From: Dendrobates tinctorius
Lineage: Eukaryota
Assembly (NCBI RefSeq): GCF_039654945.1
Contig: NW_027361676.1
Coordinates: 45,570,001 to 45,634,000, forward strand
Length of the DNA: 64,000 nucleotides
Direction of reading: 5' to 3'
The translations under genes were made by a program, and so were the position numbers. The notes beneath the pieces are model-generated. The model had not been told where the DNA came from, searched no databases, and was given only the letters and a program-made list of their open reading frames with translations. Below, piece after piece: positions 1 through 12,378 of this stretch (position 1 is the first letter of the stretch; every line of letters begins with the position of its first letter).

Positions 1-229
1 AAGAGTTTAGAACTTTTATCTTGTGAGGATGGGGCTAATCTATGCTTGACAGCTATGTTTGGAAACAAAGACTTTTTTGTTACAGTCTTGTATTAGGAGA
101 TCATTTTCATTTAGAATTTTGAAGCACAGACGTAGAATACTATGCAACATTTTAGGCAGGTGTAGAAAAATCCAGCAAAATAAGAATGCTTTAAAAAAAA
201 ATGTTATTAATAATTATTTTTTATTATTT

Positions 230-450
230 ATCAAAATGTAGAGTAAATGAACAAAAGAAACTTGATGTCAAATCAATATTCAGTGTGACCATCCTTTGTC
301 CTCAAAAAAAGCATCAAACCATTAATTTTTCTATGTAAACTTGCATACAATTTTTCAAGGAACTCGGCAGGTAGGTTATTCCAAAAGTCTAGGAGAACTA
401 ACCACAGATCTTCTGTTGATGTAAGCTTGTGTAAATATTTTGCAGCTGTC
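230..450 (-). pseudogene. Tc1-like transposase 3' remnant
   Basis: ORF 273..563(-) ends in DLWLVLLDFWNNLPAEFLEKLYASLHRKI...KDGHTEY, which resembles the Tc1 C-terminus (W..I....L..SM.RR...KGG.TKY). Confidence 0.65.
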
Positions 451-544
451 ATCTGATGCCCCCACCAAATCTTATCCAGAGAGATTTTAGTTTTAAAATT
501 TGGGCTTTTGGGTTTTCCGATGTAGTGTTGATATACATGGAGAA

Positions 545-1050
545 AAGTAGAACAGCACTCCACAGTCTTACAAGTTTACCGCCACCAAAGAAATAGTAGA
601 AAGGGCACACCCAAAAATACTACCATTTTTGTAATTCTTATTCATTACATGCAGCATTTCAGGTCAAGACACCCTTCATCAAAAAGAGCACACTAAGAGA
701 TCAAGATGGTCCTGTTAAGAATCCATTAAGTGTGGTGTCTCCTGTGTTAATGGACCTGACAGTAGGTTGCAGCACATTTCAAATCTACGTACTGTATTTT
801 TCTTTTACTCCCTTATATAGCGCCATTAATTCCATTAAATACTGTTTGGTGCTTTATACAAGGGCACCACCCTCAGTGCCTGCTCAATCGGACACTTGTG
901 ATCTCTTGACATACCCTGAAGGGTATTTTGATCAGAAACGTTAGATTTTATTAATTAGTCATACAAGTGCAGTTTTTTGTTGAATACTGATTTTTGATAA
1001 ATATATAGTTGAGGTAACCCTTTAAGACTTTGGAGTGATGGTCTACATTT
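545..1050. mobile_element. Degenerate Penelope-like fold-back fragment
   Basis: Inverted arms gtagaacagcactccacagtctta (~548-570) and taagactttggagtgatggtctac (~1023-1046). Inner inverted pair ~654-680 / ~916-942 resembles decayed hammerhead motifs (TGATGAAGGG...GAAA). Confidence 0.45.
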
Positions 1051-1965
1051 TTCTATATAAAGGTATACTTGGATGAGTCATGCCCAGCTCCCATAGAGCG
1101 TGCACCCATACTCCGTACATTATAAAGGATTCGTTTGGTTTGAATTTGTACTATGTATTGGATGTATTGGTGGTGTGTGATGTAGTTACAATGTTACTGC
1201 TGCAGCCAGCAAACAGAGATTACGGCAGCAGAGGAGGGGCAGTGCCAGATCAGGGAGGGTGAATAACATCTGATTTTATTACTTTAACCTTGCACTGGCC
1301 ATTCAAGGTCATAAAGCTGCTAGCAAAAGTCTATTGAAAACTGATGACATTATGACATTACTGTACAGTAGAATAGGGCAATAAAGATCTAAGTATCATT
1401 TAAAGGATTTATTGCTTGCCTTTTGCATGAAATTGGAGCTTGTATTTTAGAGAGATTTTAGTTATACATTTTGCTTATTGGATACTTTGGAGAAAAAGAT
1501 GTAATTATTACAAGACATATAAGCTGTTCTTATCCATCCAGTCATTTTTTTATCCCCTGAAAGGAGACAGCATGATAAAAGTATACTGCATCAGCCTTTT
1601 ACTAATATACAGCTGATAAGGTGCATGTCCTCGATGTCATCATGATTTCCATTGCCAGAAGGAGAATGTGACCTCTTTGTCTTATACAAAAAGAACACAT
1701 TTTTCAGAGATATAGGCAGTATAGAATATCTATAAAATATAATTGGAAATATCCAGTTAATTGAGCATCCAACCCAATGTATGAATATCATTTTAGCTTT
1801 TGATACATTGGATAGGATTTATGGATTTTATATTCGAGTTTTGTTTTCTATTTTTATAGAACCTAGTCTTACATTTAATCTAATATTATATTTGATTGAC
1901 ATAACATTGTCTCACTGAGCAAAGCAAATCCACTAAAATATAATGCAGTGAAAAACTACCAAGAG

Positions 1966-2460
1966 GAATAATCTTTCAGGTCAGTACGATTGCATTTATA
2001 CCAGCTTTTATAGCAGTTTCTATACTTTAGTGTTGAAAAAAAATTTGAAACTTAGCAAAGAAAAGACATTTTCAGAGATTAGTAACTTTGTAGAATTTTC
2101 CGTCACTGGAGCTGTGGAAGGCATTGTTAATTTTCATTTTTATCTGAACCAATTTGGGGTACATAGGATGTTTTGATTGTTTTGGAGGAGTCTTGGTGAC
2201 AAAAAAATGTAATTCTGTCATTTTGATTTTTTCCCTTACATCATTTACCGTATGCATTATACAATTTCAGATTTTCAAAGTTTGAACTTACGTGGATTTT
2301 TTTCTTTACATATTCCATTTTTTAGGCCCTATAGAGTACTTCAACCTGCGACCAGTACCACAGTATACTGACAAACTAATGATCTCCTATAAAGCCCAGC
2401 CATGATACCACAATGGTGCCCAGAAAGTATATCACTTAACATCCACCATTCAAATATTGC
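1966..2460 (+). mobile_element. Degenerate internal fragment of a non-autonomous TTAA (piggyBac-like) element
   Basis: Patchy similarity to 18150-18560, e.g. caggtcagtacga vs caggtcattacaa and aaaaaatgtaattctgtc vs aaaaaacataattctggt. Confidence 0.4.
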
Positions 2461-3305
2461 GCTGATGTCAGGAAGGGATTCATAGAGCAAAACTAAAGTG
2501 CACCTCCTATTTGTATTATTGAAGAGTTCAGAGTCTTATTTTGTCTGCTGAGGAGGTTCAAATTCTGTGTTTTACTTTTAACAGACATGGGGAGAATTTA
2601 TAAAATTATTTGTATCACTTTTCTGGCACAGAAAAGTCACAAAATATTCCACATGTCATATTTGTGCAACTTTTTCTGAATCTCGACATTTTTTAAAATT
2701 GATAGGGCAAGAAGTAAAGGATAGGGCAAGACCATTTTTTGACAGCTTTATAGTTGTAAAATACATAAATAGTGCAAATTGCTACCTAACATTTAACGCA
2801 TAGTAATTAAAACACATAGAATCATAACAAAGAAAAGCTTTACACACTTTGTATGCTAATGTTGTGCCTTATTCTCGATAGATAATATCGGCTGGCGTCC
2901 TTATTTTTTTTATGCTTTCAGAAGACTTTGAAGTGATATCTGAAATCATTTGAGATTAGAGATATCTAATCTCACACAGTCAGTAATATTAGGGTTGTTC
3001 TTCCCAGTTACATGCTCAGTCTCCTAAAATGAATTTATGCTGCAGAAATGGAAATATTCAAGTTTACAACAATAAAAGAACATTATACTTCAGTTTATAT
3101 GAGTAAGTAGTCTCTAGAAAAGAGTGACATTGTAAATATTTTGCATTTAATATTTCATACAATCACAACAGATATACAATGAATAAAACTCTAGCTGCAA
3201 TAATATTTCTGCATTTTTATGGACTGGAAGTTCTTAGCTTCCTGATCGCTCTATTTCTGCATACATTTTAAGTGATACATATAGTGTAAACTTTACATCA
3301 TTCCA

Positions 3306-3440
3306 TGGGCAGCAAGGTGGATATAACTGCAGCCTTACAGTGCTAGGATCCAGGGTTTAAATCCCAGCATGGACCACATTGTGCATGTGTGGGTTTCCTC
3401 TAGGTAATCCGGTTTCCTCCTACATTGCAATAACATATAA
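3306..3440 (+). mobile_element. tRNA-derived SINE (V-SINE-like) fragment
   Basis: tRNA-like head with B-box-like gggtttaaatccc, followed by gtgtgggtttcctctaggtaatccggtttcctcctaca, which resembles the V-SINE central domain. Confidence 0.6.
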
Positions 3441-3689
3441 ATAGTGATAATTATGCCTGTAAACTTCTGACAGTTAAGATGGTAATATATAAGCAAAATA
3501 AATAATAAATAAATTGATATATGACATGATTAATGGAGATTCAAAAAACTACTTGGAAGATGTCTGTGACAAGCTTGTTGACTGCAGAAATACTGTGTAG
3601 AAAAACAGAATTGTGAATGCAACTCTAGATGTTAATACAAGTTGTATCTCAAGATGAATACAAAAACAGCAAAGTTGTTGCAAGTTGAA

Positions 3690-4034
3690 AGCTTGTTCCC
3701 TATTCTAAAGAAAACGTGCGGGTTCGAACTCTCAGACTGGGGCTCTGGGACCCTGAAAACAGATCTACTGCACAGTCCTTGATCCAGTGGAAGTGGGCAT
3801 GCTCATTCTCTCTGCTCCATTCATTGACAATGTAACTGCAGAGTGCAGCTAATGGCTATTTCCTGCAGTGCCATAGACAGTGAATGGCACCTTCACCTGA
3901 TTTAGGAATTGACTGCAGAGACACGTTCGCAGAGTTCCAGAACCCAAATCTTGAGATTGATTGTGGTCCCAGTGGTTGTACCCAAATAATCATCAAGTTA
4001 CCCCTATCCTATAGATAAGGAAGAGCTATTTTCT
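3690..4034. mobile_element. Degenerate palindromic MITE (T2/Kolobok-like)
   Basis: Nested imperfect inverted repeats (gggacc/ggtccc, ccattcattgacaatg/ccatagacagtgaatgg). Ends at a TTAA. Confidence 0.4.
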
Positions 4035-4717
4035 TTAACCCCTTCTCGACGTGTGACACAGCATATGCATCATGAAAGTCGATGCCATTCCGACCCATGA
4101 CGCATACCCTGTGTCATGCCTTCAAAGCCCCCCTGCGGGTCGGGTGACCACGGTCACGGAAAGGTCACCCGACACGCAGTGACAGGACCCTTTGTGCTTC
4201 ACCACAGGGGGGTGGCTTAGCCCCCCCGTGGCTACAATCGCTCTGATTGGCTGTTGAAAGTGAAACAGCCAATCAGAGCGATAGTAATAGTTCATCAATC
4301 AAATTTGATGAACTATTACAATCCAGCCATGGCCGATGTTGAAATAGCATCGGACATGGCTGTAGACACTAAGTTAACCCCCCACCACCGAATGACGGCG
4401 GCGATCGGCCGCCGCTGTCACAATCTGCCCCCCTCCCCCTTCCCTCAGCTCCCCCCACCTTCCGATCCCCCATGATACTCACTAACCCCCCCATGGCCGT
4501 CCGGGTGTCCCGCCGTCCCGGTCCATGGGCGCCGCCCTCTTGGAAAATGGCGGGCGCATGTGCAGTGCGTCCGCCAGCATTTCCCGGCAGCAGATTCATT
4601 TTTTTTATCTTGATCACTGTGATAAACTCGCACAGAGATCAAAATAAAAAAAAGTAAATCACCGCCCCCCTTATCACCCCCCATAGGGAAAAATAATAAA
4701 ATATTTTTATTTTTCAA

Positions 4718-5035
4718 TTAGGGTTAGAAATAGGGTTAGGGTTAGAAGTAGGGCTAGGGTTAGGGCTAGGGCTAGGGTTGGGCTAGGGTTAGGGTAAGGG
4801 TTAGGGCTGGGGTTAGGGCAAGGGTTAGGGCTAGGGTTAGGGCTAAGATTAGATTTAGGGGTTGGTTGGGATTAAGGTTAGGATTGTAATTAGGGTTAGA
4901 GTTGGGATTAGGGTTAGGGGTGTGTTGGGGTTATGATTAGGGTTGGGATTAGGGTTGGGGTTAAGGTTGTGGTTAGGGTTATGATTAGGGTTGCGATTAG
5001 GGTTAGGGGTGTGTTAGGGTTAGGATTGGAGTTAG
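4718..5035 (+). repeat. Degenerate (TTAGGG)n telomere-like tract
   Basis: Roughly 50 hexamers: TTAGGG, CTAGGG, TTGGGG and variants. Confidence 0.9.
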
Positions 5036-5039
5036 AATT

Positions 5040-7270
5040 GAGGGGTTTCCACTGTTTAGGCATATCAGGGGGTCTCCAAACACGACATGGCGCCACCATT
5101 TTTTCCAGCCAATTTTGCGTTCGAAAAGTCGAACAGTGCTGCCTCCATTCCGAGCCCCGACATGCGCCCAAACAGTGGTTTACCCCCACATATGGGGCAT
5201 CAGTGTACTCAGCAAAACTTGCACAACATTGGGGGTCTAATTTCTCCTGTTACCCTTGGGAAAATTAAAAATTGGGGGCTAAATAAATAATTTTTGTGGG
5301 GAAAAAATTATTTTTTATTTTCTCGGCTCTACGTTATAAACTTCTGTGAAGCACTTGGGGGTTCAAAGTGCTCACCACAAATCTAGATTAGTTCCTTGGG
5401 TGGTCTAGTTTCCAAAATGGGGTCACTTGTGGGGGGTTTCCACTGTTTAGGTACATCAGGGGCTCTGCAAATGTAACATGACACGCGCAGACCACTCCAT
5501 CAAGTCGACATTTCAAAACATCACTACTTCCCTTCAAAGACCCAACGTGTGCCCAAACAGTGGTCGGCCCCCCCACATATGGGGTACCAGCGTACTCAGG
5601 ACAAACTGGACAACAACTTTTGAGGTCCAAGTAATCCTGTTACACTGTGAAAATAAAAAAAATAGTGTGCTAACAATCATTTTTTGAGGGAAAAAAAATA
5701 TTTTTTATTTTCACGGTTCTGCGTTATACAATTCTGTGAAGCACTTGGCGTTTCAACGTGCTCACCAGACATCTAGATAAGCTCCTTAGGGGGTCTAGTT
5801 TCCAAAATGGGCTCATTTGTGTGGGGTTTCCACTGCTTAGGTACATCAGGGGCTCTGCAAACGTAACATGACGCCCGCAGACCATTCCATCAAGTCGACA
5901 TTTCAAAATGTCACTACTTTCCTTCCGAGACCAAACGTGTGCCCAGTGGTCTCCCCCCACTTATGGGGTACCAGCATACTCAGGACAAGCTGGACAACAA
6001 CTTTTGGGGTCCAATTTATCTTATTAGCCTTGTGAAAATAAAAAATAGTGGGCTAAATATCATTTTTTGAGGGGAAAAAATATTTTTTATTTTCACGGTT
6101 CTGCGTTATAAACTTCTGTGAAGCACTTGGGGGTTCAGAATACTTACCACACATCTAGATAAGCTCCATACAGGGTCTAGTTTCCAAATTGGGGTCATTT
6201 GTGGGGGCGCTTCAAAGCTTAGGCACACAGGAGTGTGCTAACGTGGTGTCGCTAACGATTGGAGCTAATTTTCCATTCAAAAAGTCAAATGATGCTTCTT
6301 CCCTTCCGGGCCCTGCCGTGCGCCCAAACAGTGGTTTATGACCACATATGAGGTATTGGTGTACTCAGGAGAAATTGCCCAGCAAATTTTAGGATCCAGT
6401 TTATCCTTTTGCCCATGTGAAAATGAAAAAACTGAGGCTAAAAGAACATTTTTGTGAAAAAAAAGTCCTTTTTTTTACGGATCAATTTGTGAAGCACCTG
6501 GCGGTTCAAATTGCTCATTATGCATCTAGATAAGTTCCTTGGAGGGTCTAGTTTTCAAAATGGGGTCATTTGTGGGGGAGCTCCAATATTTAGGCACACA
6601 GGGCCTCTCCAAAAACGACATGGCAACCGCTAAATAATCCAGCATATTTTCCATTTAAAAAGTGAAATGGCACTCCTTCATTCTGAGCCCTGCTGTGTGC
6701 ACAAACAGTGGTTTATGACCACATATGAGGTATCGGTGTACTCAGGAGAACTTGCCCAACAAATTTTAGGATCCATTTTGTGCTGTTGCCCGTGTGAAAA
6801 TGAAAAAACTGAGGTTAAAAGAAAATTTTTGTGAAAAAAAGTACTTTTTTTACGGATCAATTTGTGAAGCACCTGGAGGTTCAAATTGTTCATTATGCAT
6901 CTAGATAAGTTCCTTGGAGGGTCTAGTTTCCAAAATGGGGTCATTTGTGAGGGAGCTCCAATGTTTAGGCGCACAGGGGCTCTCCAAACGCAACATGGCA
7001 ACCGCTAAATTTTCCAGCATGTTTTCCATTCAAAAAGTCAAATGGAGCTCCTTCCCTTCTGAGCCCTGCCGTGCGCCCAAACAGTGGTTTATGACCAAAT
7101 ATGAGGTATCGGTGTACTCAGGAGAAATTGCCCAACAAATTTTAGGATCCATTTTATCCTGTTACCCACGTGAAAATGAAAAAATTGATGCTAAAAGAAA
7201 ATTTTTGTTGGAAAAATTAAAATGTCCATTTTTTCCTTCCACGTTGCTTTAGTTCCTGTGAAGCACCTGA
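5040..7270 (+). repeat. ~6 diverged tandem units of ~375-395 bp
   Basis: The motif tctagtttccaaaatggggtca recurs at ~5404, 5794, 6176, 6547 and 6922, along with gtactcagga and gtgaagcac. Confidence 0.85.
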
Positions 7271-8047
7271 AGGGTTAATAATCTTCTTGAATGTAGTTTT
7301 AAGTAGCTTGAGGGGTGCAGTTTTTAGAATGGTGTCACTGTTGGGTATTTTCTGCCATATAGACCCCTCAAACTGACTTCAAATGTGAGGTGCTCCCTAA
7401 AAAAAATGGTTTTGTAAATGTTGTTGTAAAAATGAGAAATCGCTGGTCAACTTTTAACCCTTATAACTTCCTAACAAAAAAAATTTTGTTCCAAAATTGT
7501 GCTGATGTAAAGTAGACATGTGGGAAATGTTGTTTAGTAACTATTTTGTGTGACATACTTATCTGGTTTAACAGAATAAAAATTCAAAATTTGAAAATTG
7601 CGAAATTTTCAAAATTTTTGCCAAATTTCCGTTTTTTTTTTCACAAATAAACGCAAAAATTATCGACCTAAATTTACTACTAACATGAAGCCCAATATGT
7701 CATGAAAAAACATTTTCAGAATCGCTAGGATGCGTTGAAGCGTTCCTGAGTTATTACCTCATAAAAGGACACTGGTCAGAATTGCAAAAAATGGCCAGGT
7801 CATTAAGGTCAAAATAGCCTGGGTCATGAAGGGATTAAACAGTCCTGTATATATAAGAAGACATACTGTTATGGAATACATATGACAAATAATATGTCAG
7901 GTTCATACTTTCCTAAGAGATATTGGACACCACCATTCTTAATTCGACCCTATCCTGGTTTTTGCTCCATACTCATTTTTTGAACACATCTATTTCTTTA
8001 TTGACAGCAATATATAAATCTTTAATTGTGTTAATATGTTAGTCTAA

Positions 8048-8454
8048 AGGGCCTGTCACACTAAGTGACATCGCTAGCAATATCGCTATAACGTCACTGG
8101 TTTTGTGACGCAGCAGCGATATTGCTAGCGATATCGCTATGTCTGATACTTACCTCTGACCGCTCCCCCGCTGGTTATCGCTAATCACGTGAGAACGTCC
8201 TGAACTATTTCTCATCGTCAGCTTCTTGCTGGGCTTCCTGCTGGCGCCGACGAGCGATGCGTGGACGCGGATGGGAGGACGTCAGGATTGCCGCGTCTGA
8301 CAGGTAAGTAGTGACCCCCGACCACTGCTATGTCACTGGTGAGATCTGCCTGTGTGGCAGCTCACTAGCGACCACTTAGCGATGCACCAGCGATGCTGAC
8401 CGTGTCATATCGCTGGTCGGGATCGCTGGTGCATTGCTAAGTGTGACAGTACCT
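8048..8454 (+). mobile_element. PIF/Harbinger-type MITE
   Basis: TAA/TTA flanks. TIR AGGGCCTGTCACACT / AGTGTGACAGTACCT. Many internal ATCGCT/AGCGAT motifs. Second copy inverted at 43635-44030. Confidence 0.8.
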
Positions 8455-10229
8455 TTACAGATAATGACATACTTCACTTCTATTCTGCTTGCTTCCATTT
8501 CAATATACTGAAGAAAGTGAATATATTCCATTTAGTCTGAACTTCAGCAGCTCTTCCTGTAGCTGTGATCATTCATTAGAAAGGAAACACAATAAACATT
8601 TTTATATCAGAAACAGAAGAAAGCACAAAGCAGGCAGAACACTAAATATGTCAGGATGATATATTGGGTGGATTTTACCTTAGACATTCTCTCTACCTAA
8701 GAACCAAGAAGATATAGGAAACTACAGCTTCAAACTGACAAGTGCAAGCAGTTATTCCAAAACATTAAAGAAGGAGATGGAGAAGAAGTGTCTACCTTTA
8801 GTGTCTGTACAAAGATTTTTCTGTCCATTGTTCTGTTTTGTCAAATTGAACCCATTTTAGAAAGAAACAAGGGGGTCTCTTTAATAGATATCATTGGTAT
8901 AACTCCTCGACATTAAAATTGAAACACCTTGGAGTAAGAGTCAAAATATTATGAAAATTACAGGATGATAGACATGTTAATTATATGCAAATGATGAAAG
9001 GATGGAAAACAACATTTTCAAAACATCTCTATTCAGTATTACAACCATACATAGAAATATATTCACTTACATACCTTGGTATGTTGGTAATGCAGTTATT
9101 AATATTTGTCTGAAGAATGTTCTGTCACACTGAATGAAAGCACTTCAGCATTCAAATCATTAAGGTATGCTGCTGCCAGTCGCCTTTTCAATCATGATCA
9201 ATAATGTCTCAGTTGTGCTCATGAGGAAAGAAGTCTGGAGATTTTGCTGGCCATGGCAGCATGTTTAGGCCATGCAGGCTGCTCTCAGTAGCATGATCAC
9301 CTTGTGGTCTAGCATTGTCATGTTGATAAGCAGCTCCTGGGATGCTTTCATGTGTCCTCATGAATGCCTCTTCATTTCACATGTGGTCTCCAAATCAATC
9401 TCCAGCTATCAATTTCTCTAAGACAAAATCAGAACTCATCTATGAAGAGGATAGTCCTCTGTTCCTGCTTCCATTACCTTCTAGATCTGCACCACGAAAG
9501 CCTTTGAGAGTGGTAGAAGGAGGTCAAAGGAACACCTATTAATTGATGCCACTTTTGTGCAGACACCTTCAGATGGTATATGCAGAAATGTTTTGACATC
9601 TCATGCTTGGTATGTGACATCTAATTTCACTCTGTCTCCATTGCTGATTTCCCCTGGACCATGATAGTCTTTGAGAATCATAGAATGAGGTTAATGGAAC
9701 ACTTGTAGCATTACATCTGGCTTATAGATCCACACAAGAAAAAATATATGCACCAGATTACAGGGAACACCACCAAGCTATGTAGTCAAAATTAACAAGT
9801 TTCTTTTTTACAGTGAGCAAAACAAACACTTGTTTAAAAACAATTAAACAGTCTGAAAAAACAGACATAGATCAATAGACAAACAATGGGTCATGATGTT
9901 AAATAATAAAGAGTAAAATACTTGGAGCCGCAAAGTAACCCCGCAATCAGTGTGCTGTAAACAAGTACAAATTCTTGCTGGTTATCATTACCTAACCTCT
10001 GCTGTAGCAGTAGTATGTCCGTATGCTGCTTGCATATGAGCCTCAACCAACAAATACTAACAGTGCTAAATACACATCCAGGAATAGCATAATCAAATCA
10101 ATGCAAGGATAAGCTATATTCCTAAAAATCATGAGCACTAAATTCTAATATGGCAGAAATGGAGTTGTGCCACGCAAAAACAGCTTATTACCAGCAAGGA
10201 TGGCTAAAGACCTTGAGAAAGACACATCA

Positions 10230-11051
10230 TGTTACGGCGGCGGAACACGCTTAAAAAATATAAATAAACGTGTTCGCCGCCCGGGGTCCACCGTGCGGCG
10301 GGTGATATAACCGCTGCTAGAGAGGCAGAGCACTATGGCGGTAATGTGCACGGGGTTAACTGCACCCTAAGTGCACAGAAGCAAGCTCTGTTATGCTCAC
10401 AGAGCTGCAGACAAAAGAATAAAGTAATACGCTAAGTCTGTTCGGGGACACAGACTAACAGCGAAACTGTCACGGTAAAAATAGTCACAGAAGTAGCCTT
10501 AGGCAGCAGGACTACTTCCTCTAGACCTACCGTGAAATCAGACAGGAGGCGTTGCAACTGCAGACGCGGAAAAACTGCAATCGCAGCGCGGTGTGAATGG
10601 AGCCACAGAGAAGACACCGCAATCTCGCTGGCGCGATGCAGGACGCTAGCTGCTGAGAACGTATAGCTGGAGCATGCTTAACGCTAGCGCTGCTACTGGC
10701 GGCTGCCCAATCACTGACAAAATCGTAATATCAGAGGGAAGGGGTTTCATAATAAGTCAGTCACCAGTCCAATCATCCATCACCATACATACAGCAGCAG
10801 TATGAAAATACTAGCGCATGGCATAGCGGCCATGCGCACTTTTTATAGTGTACGGGACCTGCCAGAAATCTCCAGAGCTCTGAGCTAAGCCAATGGAATC
10901 AGGAGCAGGACCTGAGCACCTGACTCCTGAACTCCAATGGGAGCTCATTCCAGGAGCATGCTCAGAAGCTGGCTGAAAGGACTTAGCCTCTGGAGACAAA
11001 TGTGAGGATCTGGATCTCTGCATAAGTATGGCAGGACACAGATTCCTAACA
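10230..11051 (-). mobile_element. Solo LTR (822 bp)
   Basis: TGTTA...TAACA termini. 5-bp TSD CATCA at 10225-10229 and 11052-11056. TATA-like TATAAAAA on the minus strand at ~10840. Related to 33554-34490. Confidence 0.8.
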
Positions 11052-11234
11052 CATCACTGTGTCGATACGCGTGGGTCCCGGGTCCCATGAAACCGAGCTG
11101 TGTGCTTGGGCTTAGGGTCTAGCTGCCATCATGCTGGGGGAAGGAGTGACTTCATCCGTACCTCTTTAGCCATCCTTGCCTGTAATAAGCTGTTTTTGAG
11201 TGGCACAACTCCATTTCTGCCATATTAGAATTTA

Positions 11235-12060
11235 CAACCACAAAAATGTCCAAAAACATACTAATGCGGTAGGGGAACCTTCACCATAAAGGACTTCCCA
11301 GCATGCATAAAGTACAGGGGCATGTGAAATACATAGACCAAAACGTGGATACAAAGTATCCTGAGCACACCACTCACAAAGAGAGATATATCATAAATAA
11401 AAAATAAATTTTATTAAGTAAATTCATATCATATATAAATAGACAAACACAATACAAGTAAGAGAAAGGAATGTATACCCAAGTGAAATACACACAAATA
11501 CAGGAATAAAGGAATGGATACAGGTAATGGTAAAGTGAAAAATATATTAGCATATAAGCATATATCCACCTAGACCCATAGTGGTCTTTAAAGTGCAAAG
11601 TGCCATATAGAGGAAAAAATACCCATGCTGGTAATCACATATAACATGAGCACATACCCATTTAATCACCTGTTCCTAGAATTCCTGGAGTCCGAAGCAC
11701 GTTTCGCCTTTTTAGCTTTTTTTCACAATTTCCTTGAAAAAGCTAAAAAGGCGAAACGTGCGTCGGACTCCAGGAATTCTGTGAACAGGCGAACACTTTG
11801 CACTTTACAGACCACTGTGGGTATAGGTGGATATATGCAATATATGCTGATATATTTTTGCACTTTACCATTACCTGTATCCATTCCTATATTCCTGTAT
11901 TTGTGTGTATTTCACTTGGGTATACATTCCTTCCACTTACTTGTATTTTGTTTGTCTATTTATCTATGATATGAATTTACATAATAACACTTATTTTTTA
12001 TTTATAATATATCTCTCTTTGTGAGTGGTGTGCTCAGGATACTTTGTATCCCCTTTTTGG
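11235..12060 (+). mobile_element. Penelope-like fold-back element (inner), 14-bp TSD
   Basis: TSD CATATTAGAATTTA at 11221-11234 and 12061-12074. Arms ~11338-11602 / ~11793-12060. Central hairpin ~11668-11790 contains a hammerhead-like motif. Confidence 0.7.
11731..11767 (+). ncRNA. Minimal type-I hammerhead ribozyme-like motif (U3:A8 variant)
   Basis: tcc-TTGAAAAA-gct aaaaa ggc-GAAAC-gtgc-GTC-gga: stem I tcc/gga, short stem II, GUC cleavage triplet. Confidence 0.6.
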
Positions 12061-12378
12061 CATATTAGAATTTAGTGCTCATGATTTTTAGGAATATAGC
12101 TTATCCTTGCATTGATTTGATTATGCTATTTCTGGATGTGTATTTAGCACTGATAGTATTTGTTGATTGAGGCTCATATGCAAGCAGCATACAGACATAC
12201 TACTGCTACAGCAGAGGTTAGGTAATGATAACCAGCAAGTATTTGTACTTGTTTACAGCACACTGATTGCGGGGTTACTTTGGGGCTCCAAGTATTTTAC
12301 TCTTTATTGTTTAACATCATGACCCACTGTTTGTCTATTGATCTATGTCTGTTTTTCAGACTTTTTAATTGTTTTTAA

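Larger units (their letters stand above)
4039..7834 (+). mobile_element. Non-autonomous piggyBac-like element (3.8 kb) with telomere-like tract and ~380-bp tandem units
   Basis: TTAA at 4035-4038 and 7835-7838. Termini CCCCTTC / GAAGGGA. No transposase ORF. Confidence 0.8.
9732..12378. mobile_element. Penelope-like fold-back element (outer)
   Basis: ~9835-10210 is the reverse complement of 11163-11233 plus 12061-12378, with high identity by eye. A hammerhead-like motif lies between the arms. A probable terminal arm remnant is at ~13588-13602. Confidence 0.65.

Noticed and set aside
654-942. Functional hammerheads in the first fold-back
   Set aside because: The cores are incomplete or mismatched and the stems are weak. 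Treated only as decayed remnants.
4718-5035. True telomere or chromosome fusion scar
   Set aside because: Short, degenerate, single orientation, and enclosed within TTAA-flanked element termini.
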